A program made the position numbers and the translations under genes. This document shows positions 58,183-64,000 of a stretch of 64,000 nt of DNA, piece after piece. The stretch comes from Micavibrio sp. (GTDB lineage Bacteria; Patescibacteriota; Minisyncoccia; Moranbacterales; GCA-2747515). Position 1 is the first letter of the stretch; each line of letters starts with the position of its first letter. The DNA lies in contig DYDB01000001.1 in assembly GCA_020718085.1 (NCBI GenBank), positions 117,902 to 181,901 on the forward strand. Reading direction: 5' to 3'. The notes beneath the pieces were generated by a model. The model searched no databases and had not been told where the DNA came from. It saw only the letters and a program-made list of their open reading frames with translations.

Positions 58183-59337
58183 ATGAGAATAGGTATTGAT
58201 GTGCGTTGTTTCGCACGTGGCAAAACAACCGGTGTAGAAGGATACACACAAAAAATGTTGGCAACGCTCTTTCGTAATGATCCGCATAATGAATATGTGC
58301 TTTTTTTTAATGCTTTGAGACATAAGGATGTGGATTGGACATGGATTGATGAATTTTCGCATGTGTCACTCAAAACATTTGCCGTACCAAACAAATTGCT
58401 CAATCTGTCTTTTTGGTTATTACAATATCCAAAGGTCGATCGCTTGTGTGGCGGTGTAGACCTTTTTTTCATGCCAAATATCAATTTCATTGCACTGTCT
58501 TCGCATGTGCCATTGGTCCTCACGGTACATGACCTTTCCTTTGAACATTACAAAGAAACTTTTTCATTCAAGCGGCGGATGTGGCATTACTTTGTGAATC
58601 CTCGCAAGCTTGTTGCGCGTGCAGTGCATATTATTGCTGTGTCGGAATATACAAAGGAAGACATATGTAAAACGTATCAAAGAAAAACGGATACAGTCAC
58701 GGTGTTATTAAATGGTCTGACATCGATCATGGGGGATCTGGATCGCAATAGCATTGAGCTGATTAACGTAAAGGAAAAATATGAACTGCCATATAATTTT
58801 ATTTTATATTTTGGTACGATCGAGCCACGGAAGAACATCGGCGGATTGATTCGTGCATATACAATGTTGAGACAGACAGATGATACGATCACGCAACATC
58901 TTGTACTTGCCGGATCATGTGGATGGGGAAGAGGTGAGATTGATCAGGAGATCACAGCATCGCCTTTCTCTGCAGATATCCATATGATCACAGATATTCC
59001 GGAAGAAGACAAAGAGGCTTTTTACACCCTCTGTGCAGTTTTCGTATACCCTTCATTTTTCGAAGGATTTGGTTTTCCTCCTCTGGAAGCCGCGATGTGC
59101 AAAAAACCGGTGATCACATCTCACACATCAGCATTATCGGAAGTTGTGGGCGAACAGGCGATTATGATCGATCCGTTTCGTATAGAAGAGTTGATGGAAG
59201 CTATGCGAGCTGTGTTGACACAAAAAGATCTGGCAGAAAGAAGCGCACAAACGAATGAAACGGTTTTTTTGCGCAAGTTCAATTGGGAGCATAATGTGCA
59301 TGATTTTTTGCATATCGTGCACACATTGCAGGATTGA
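58183..59337 (+). CDS. GT4-family glycosyltransferase
   Basis: VYPSFFEGFGFPPLEAAMCKKPVITS signature. Confidence 0.85.
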   Translation: MRIGIDVRCFARGKTTGVEGYTQKMLATLFRNDPHNEYVLFFNALRHKDVDWTWIDEFSHVSLKTFAVPNKLLNLSFWLLQYPKVDRLCGGVDLFFMPNINFIALSSHVPLVLTVHDLSFEHYKETFSFKRRMWHYFVNPRKLVARAVHIIAVSEYTKEDICKTYQRKTDTVTVLLNGLTSIMGDLDRNSIELINVKEKYELPYNFILYFGTIEPRKNIGGLIRAYTMLRQTDDTITQHLVLAGSCGWGRGEIDQEITASPFSADIHMITDIPEEDKEAFYTLCAVFVYPSFFEGFGFPPLEAAMCKKPVITSHTSALSEVVGEQAIMIDPFRIEELMEAMRAVLTQKDLAERSAQTNETVFLRKFNWEHNVHDFLHIVHTLQD

Positions 59338-59385
59338 TCCCATCTCCTCCCATTTTTTCGCAAATTTTGTTATACTTAGAGGCAT

Positions 59386-60510
59386 ATGCGCATAGGTATT
59401 GATGCACGGTTCTTTGGTCCGGATAGCAAAGGTTTGGGGCGATACACACAGAAGTTGATCACCCATATGGAGCAGATCGACCAAAAGAACGAATATATCA
59501 TTTTTTTGCGAAAGAGCAATTATGATAGCTACGTGCCACAAAATTCTCATTTCAAAAAAGTAATTGCCGATTACCAATGGTATAGTTTTGGTGAGCAGAT
59601 ATTTTTTCCCTTCATACTCTATAAATATAAATGCGACCTCGTGCATTTTATTCATTTTAATGTGCCACTTTTCTATTTCAAACGATCGATCGTCACAATA
59701 CATGATCTGATTCTTTTGCGTTATCCGACGCGTAAGGCATCAACGCGCAACAGATTATTCTATTGGATCAAATTCTTATGTTATCGCACGGTGATATCTT
59801 CTGCTGTAAAAAAAGCATGGAAGATCATCGCTGTGTCGCAATTTACCAAAATGGAGATCTGCAATCAATACCCGTACGCGCGTGAAAAAACGACTGTTGT
59901 ATATGAATCTGCTGAAATATTTATGCAAAATAAGCCGCAAGATCATGAGGATTTTTTTGCTAAATATGGTATAATGAAACCGTACATGCTCTATGTCGGG
60001 AATGCATATCCACACAAAAATCTTCATAATCTTGTGGATGCATTTGCGTTGTATGTTGCAGATGGTGGGGCTGTACGACAGTTGATCCTGGTTGGACGTG
60101 ACGACTATTTCTATGCGCGGTTAGAAGAATATATTGCGGAAAAAAAGATCGCGAATATTATCATTTTGCATACGATCAGTGATGAGTTGTTGTACATATT
60201 GTACAGACATGCGATCATATTTGTCTTTCCTTCCTTATATGAAGGATTTGGACTCCCACCTCTCGAAGCGCAACTGCTTAAGGTGCCTGTGTTGTCATCG
60301 GAGCATCCATGTATGAAAGAAGTTTTGTCACAGGAGGGTGCATTTTTTACAGATGCATCGGATGTGCGTGCGTTTGCTCGAGCGATGAACTGCGTTATTA
60401 CAGATACGTCCATGCGCAAGGAGCTGATCGTGCGCGGTTACGACAATGCGCGAAGATATTCGTGGCATGCAATGGCACAAGAAATACATAATATATATAT
60501 GCAAAAATAA
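59386..60510 (+). CDS. GT4-family glycosyltransferase
   Basis: VFPSLYEGFGLPPLEAQLLKVPVLSS signature. Confidence 0.85.
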   Translation: MRIGIDARFFGPDSKGLGRYTQKLITHMEQIDQKNEYIIFLRKSNYDSYVPQNSHFKKVIADYQWYSFGEQIFFPFILYKYKCDLVHFIHFNVPLFYFKRSIVTIHDLILLRYPTRKASTRNRLFYWIKFLCYRTVISSAVKKAWKIIAVSQFTKMEICNQYPYAREKTTVVYESAEIFMQNKPQDHEDFFAKYGIMKPYMLYVGNAYPHKNLHNLVDAFALYVADGGAVRQLILVGRDDYFYARLEEYIAEKKIANIIILHTISDELLYILYRHAIIFVFPSLYEGFGLPPLEAQLLKVPVLSSEHPCMKEVLSQEGAFFTDASDVRAFARAMNCVITDTSMRKELIVRGYDNARRYSWHAMAQEIHNIYMQK

Positions 60511-60512
60511 AA

Positions 60513-62996
60513 ATGGACGGTGTTTCTCGTAAAAAATATCATACGCACAGTGCATTTGATCGTGGCATGTCTGCCAAAACGATCGCGCATCAGCAAAAGA
60601 TCATACAAAAAGAAACTCCGATCGTGCAATATCATTTGTATCAATTGGGAAAACCCTATGCTACGTGTTTTGACGATTGCATTGGCAGTGATGTGCGCGA
60701 AGGATGCACGATGACATTTGATGCGCGAACCGCACTCATGCAAAAAGAAGGGGATTTTTTTCCGTCAGAAACAATGACACCGGGAGCGGCAACATTTACG
60801 GAGATTACCGAATATCTGGAGGATCATAAAGAAGAATATGTGCAGAAAGAATCGGTCTTTCAACAAGATCATAGATCACAAGATGGTGTGCACTTTCATT
60901 TGCGCGATATTCCAATTTTTGTACATGAAAGCGTCTTGCATCCGCATCATATATCTTTTCGTTATGCATTCGCGATGACGGCGATGTTTATTGCAGTGGG
61001 ATCATTGATCTTTATGGGTACTGCATATGCGGTCAAAGAACGCGTGGATGATGCTTCACTAGATGCTGTGCGATCTTTGAGATCGGCGATGGGCAGTATT
61101 GCACAAAATGATTTTTCATCATCAAGTGAGGAATTGGATAAAGCGTATCAAGATTTTGCATTTGCGTCGTCGGAATTAGGGAGGATCAACATGCTCGCAA
61201 AGTATATTTCCCAGTTCGTGCCTGGTGCATCGCGCTTGGCAAGTGGCAGCCACATTATAGAAGCGGGAAAATATCTAACGCATACCGCAAAGGAACTGCA
61301 TAGTATTATTCCGGAGGTAATTGGCGATGATCATAAGTTAGTGTCCACAGATGGTGTGCATGTATCTTTCTTGGCATTTTATCAAATACTGGCAGATCGC
61401 ATGGATATTGCGCGGTATGATCTTGCAGAAGCGCAAAAACATCTTGATCAGGTATACATTGATGATGTGCCGGATGAATATCGTGATACATTTGTACAAA
61501 TGAAAGAGATTTTACCCGAGATCAATACATCTTTGCGCATCATTACGGAATCGCGCGCAACTGTTGAGGAAATGCTTGGAGCAAAAGGTCCGCGTACATA
61601 TCTCTTTTTGTTCCAAAACAATCATGAAATGCGTGCTACTGGTGGTTTTATCGGTAGCTATGGAATTATAAAGATCAATAATGGACGTATTACACAGATG
61701 ATGATCGATGATGTCTATAATCCGGATGGTCAATTGATCGATCGCATTGTACCACCACTGCCAATCCAGAAGGTTTCAGCGGATTGGAGCATGCATGACA
61801 GTAATTGGTTTGCTGATTTTCCCGTTTCAGCACAAAAGACAATGGATTTTTATGAACGTACGGGAGGTGCAACGGTAGATGGTGTGATTGCGGTAACACC
61901 TGAAATGATGCGAAAATTTCTCACAATTTCCGGCCCAATTGTTGTGGAATCTCACAATGTGACATTGACAAGTGATAATTTTATGCAGGTTTTACAAAGT
62001 GAGATCGAGGATGTAAACAATTATCAAACAGCAGATGCGACTATAAATGATAGTGAATTAATAAAAAAACAAGGTCCGCAAGAAGAGAAAAAGACAGAAA
62101 ATAATATTGCGGAAGGAAAAAAAGAAACGTCAAAGAAGATCTTGGCCGATGTCATGCCTATCATGATCGACAAATTATTTGACCGCAAAAACCCCGAGCA
62201 TCTCTCCGCTGTTGCACAAGCAATTTCTCTCGGCTTGAAAGAAAAGCATATCGTAATGTATATGAAAAAAACGGAGGCGCAGACAATTATCGAAAATAAT
62301 GATTGGGGTGGAACAATCACAGATACGGATAAGGATTATCTCAGTGTGATCAATACCAATATAAATGGATTTAAGACAGACGGTGTGATTACGGAAACGA
62401 TCTCACATACAGCAACTATTGATGCTGATGGTGAGGTCATTGATACCGTGCAGATCAAAAGGAAACATACGGGAGGACAGACCGGATATCCGTGGTGGGA
62501 CGCTGTGAATGCAAATTATATGCGTGTGTATGTGCCAAAAGGATCGGAGTTGATCTCTGTGGAAGGGCATACGCGAGAGCTAAACGTGGAACGATTGGAT
62601 TATGATACACTTGGTTATGAACGAGATAAAGATGTTGTAGAGGAAGAAAAAAATATGCACATTGATGAGGAAACAGGTACGCGTATTTATGAACAATCTG
62701 ATAAAACGGTTTTTGCAAATTGGGTGTATGTTTCGCCACAAGAGAGCGTGACCGTAACCTATACATATCGATTACCGTTTCGTGTAAGTTTTGACGAAGA
62801 TCGTGAAGGAAAATTTGGTTCATATGCAGTTTTGTTTCAGAAACAATCCGGCAGTATAAACTCAACTATAGAGAGTGATATTCACCTTGATGATGATTTT
62901 TCTTCTGTGTGGCATGCACATGATAATAAAGATCTCACAATGCAAGGTGCGCTGACCACAGATCGATATAATGGAACAGTTTTTCGTGTGAAGTGA
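60513..62996 (+). CDS. large membrane-anchored extracytoplasmic protein, DUF4012-like
   Basis: 827 aa; single N-terminal TM; central RATGGFIGSYGIIKINNG segment reminiscent of DUF4012 proteins that accompany polysaccharide loci. Confidence 0.45.
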   Translation: MDGVSRKKYHTHSAFDRGMSAKTIAHQQKIIQKETPIVQYHLYQLGKPYATCFDDCIGSDVREGCTMTFDARTALMQKEGDFFPSETMTPGAATFTEITEYLEDHKEEYVQKESVFQQDHRSQDGVHFHLRDIPIFVHESVLHPHHISFRYAFAMTAMFIAVGSLIFMGTAYAVKERVDDASLDAVRSLRSAMGSIAQNDFSSSSEELDKAYQDFAFASSELGRINMLAKYISQFVPGASRLASGSHIIEAGKYLTHTAKELHSIIPEVIGDDHKLVSTDGVHVSFLAFYQILADRMDIARYDLAEAQKHLDQVYIDDVPDEYRDTFVQMKEILPEINTSLRIITESRATVEEMLGAKGPRTYLFLFQNNHEMRATGGFIGSYGIIKINNGRITQMMIDDVYNPDGQLIDRIVPPLPIQKVSADWSMHDSNWFADFPVSAQKTMDFYERTGGATVDGVIAVTPEMMRKFLTISGPIVVESHNVTLTSDNFMQVLQSEIEDVNNYQTADATINDSELIKKQGPQEEKKTENNIAEGKKETSKKILADVMPIMIDKLFDRKNPEHLSAVAQAISLGLKEKHIVMYMKKTEAQTIIENNDWGGTITDTDKDYLSVINTNINGFKTDGVITETISHTATIDADGEVIDTVQIKRKHTGGQTGYPWWDAVNANYMRVYVPKGSELISVEGHTRELNVERLDYDTLGYERDKDVVEEEKNMHIDEETGTRIYEQSDKTVFANWVYVSPQESVTVTYTYRLPFRVSFDEDREGKFGSYAVLFQKQSGSINSTIESDIHLDDDFSSVWHAHDNKDLTMQGALTTDRYNGTVFRVK

Positions 62997-63086
62997 TCGC
63001 ATGGTTTTTATGCTTGCAAAACGTCAGAAAAATGCGTATAGTATGATTTGATCCGTGGATAATTATTTTTTTTAAACCATTCTGTT

Positions 63087-64000
63087 GTGATCGCAAATAT
63101 CAAAAAATTTGTTACACAGTCATCCCAAGAATCGATTGCGGTAGCGGCACTTATTGTCGCATTTTTTGGTATTGCCAGTCGCTTACTGGGAGTGGTGCGT
63201 GATCGTGTTTTGGCAGCACAATATGGCGCCGGAGATGCGTTGGACGTATATTATGCTGCGTTTCGTTTGCCAGATCTTACGTTTGAGATCTTGGTTGTCG
63301 GTGCACTTGGAGCTGCATTTATACCAATTTTTAGCAAATTGATCACACAAGAAGATCGTGAGCGAGCATGGGAATGCGCCAACGGGGTCATGCTGGTCAT
63401 TGTGATATCGCTCATCTTTCTTTCAGTGATCGGTATTGTATTTGCACCATTTTTTATTCATATCATCGCACCGGGATTCCCAGCAGAAAAAATGATGGAG
63501 ACGGTGAAGTTGTCTCGCATCATGTTCATCAGTCCGATCTTCCTTTCCGCAAGTGCTGTTTTGGGGGGAGTACTGGTCTCATTTCGTCGTTTCGTGATCT
63601 ATTCGATGGCACCGATCTTTTATAACATTGGCATTATTATTGGTGCGACAGTTTTTACAAAATACATTGGCACAATTGGATTGGCATGGGGCGTTGTCAT
63701 TGGATCAATTTTACATTTCGTCATTCATGTGATCGCAGTAAAAGCGGTTCAATTTCGATTTGTACATAGTAATCCGTATCGCAATGTTGATGTACGCAAA
63801 ACGATCATGCTCATGGCCCCACGAATGTTTTCCAGTGCGTCGAGCCAGCTTTCTCTTCTTCTTGTAACATTTTTTGCTTCTACTCTTGCAGCGGGCAGTG
63901 TAACCGTATTTACATTTGCCAATAATGTACAGGGTGTGGTTTTGGGCCTTATTGGTGTTCCATTTGCGTTAGCCGCTTTTCCTGTGCTGAGTAATAAATT
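63087..64000 (+). CDS. murJ: lipid II flippase MurJ (N-terminal part; continues beyond window)
   Basis: GTG start; SRLLGVVRDRVLAAQYGAGDALDVYYAAFRLPDLTFEILVVGALGAAFIPIF matches MurJ/MviN N-terminus; open to end of window. Confidence 0.8.
   Translation, partial: MIANIKKFVTQSSQESIAVAALIVAFFGIASRLLGVVRDRVLAAQYGAGDALDVYYAAFRLPDLTFEILVVGALGAAFIPIFSKLITQEDRERAWECANGVMLVIVISLIFLSVIGIVFAPFFIHIIAPGFPAEKMMETVKLSRIMFISPIFLSASAVLGGVLVSFRRFVIYSMAPIFYNIGIIIGATVFTKYIGTIGLAWGVVIGSILHFVIHVIAVKAVQFRFVHSNPYRNVDVRKTIMLMAPRMFSSASSQLSLLLVTFFASTLAAGSVTVFTFANNVQGVVLGLIGVPFALAAFPVLSNK

Overview
This 64 kb window looks like a low-GC (about 40%) Patescibacteria/CPR-type chromosome segment, most plausibly Saccharibacteria-like; that assignment is inferred from gene content and is not verified. 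The conserved backbone comprises topA, dprA, pth, an LCP-family protein, a short SMC, rfbB and rfbD, rpsL-rpsG-fusA, cspA, an ftsB-like gene, a PpiC-type PPIase, htrA, clpB, rplU, a GH57 gene plus glgA, recR, dnaB, an RNase P RNA (rnpB), and a cell-wall polysaccharide cluster (sugar phosphotransferase, three GT4 glycosyltransferases, a Wzz-like protein, a DUF4012-like protein, and the start of murJ). Accessory and unusual content interrupts this backbone.

1. An ~8 kb array at about 43.3-51.0 kb holds roughly ten unrelated small hypothetical genes. Almost every gene sits in its own unit with a consensus sigma70 promoter (TTGACA-N16-18-TATAAT). Many units end in a near-identical recycled terminator hairpin, and they are separated by a hairpin/G-quadruplex-forming repeat family. 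One unit carries a bactofilin-like gene plus an AAA+ ATPase gene of noticeably lower GC. This array is the best candidate for an undescribed system.
2. The str operon is interrupted between rpsG and fusA by a 180 bp nested palindrome and a membrane-protein gene.
3. Two tandem paralogs carry a C-terminal type IV pilin-like domain; one is fused to an RDD domain.
4. An HtrA paralog has lost its catalytic His and Ser (a pseudoprotease).
5. A candidate sRNA lies downstream of rplU.
6. RmlD carries a Cys-rich insertion.
7. An SdrD-like surface protein carries an SPATG-type sorting signal.

No CRISPR array, rRNA, tRNA, integrase or transposase gene was recognised in the window.
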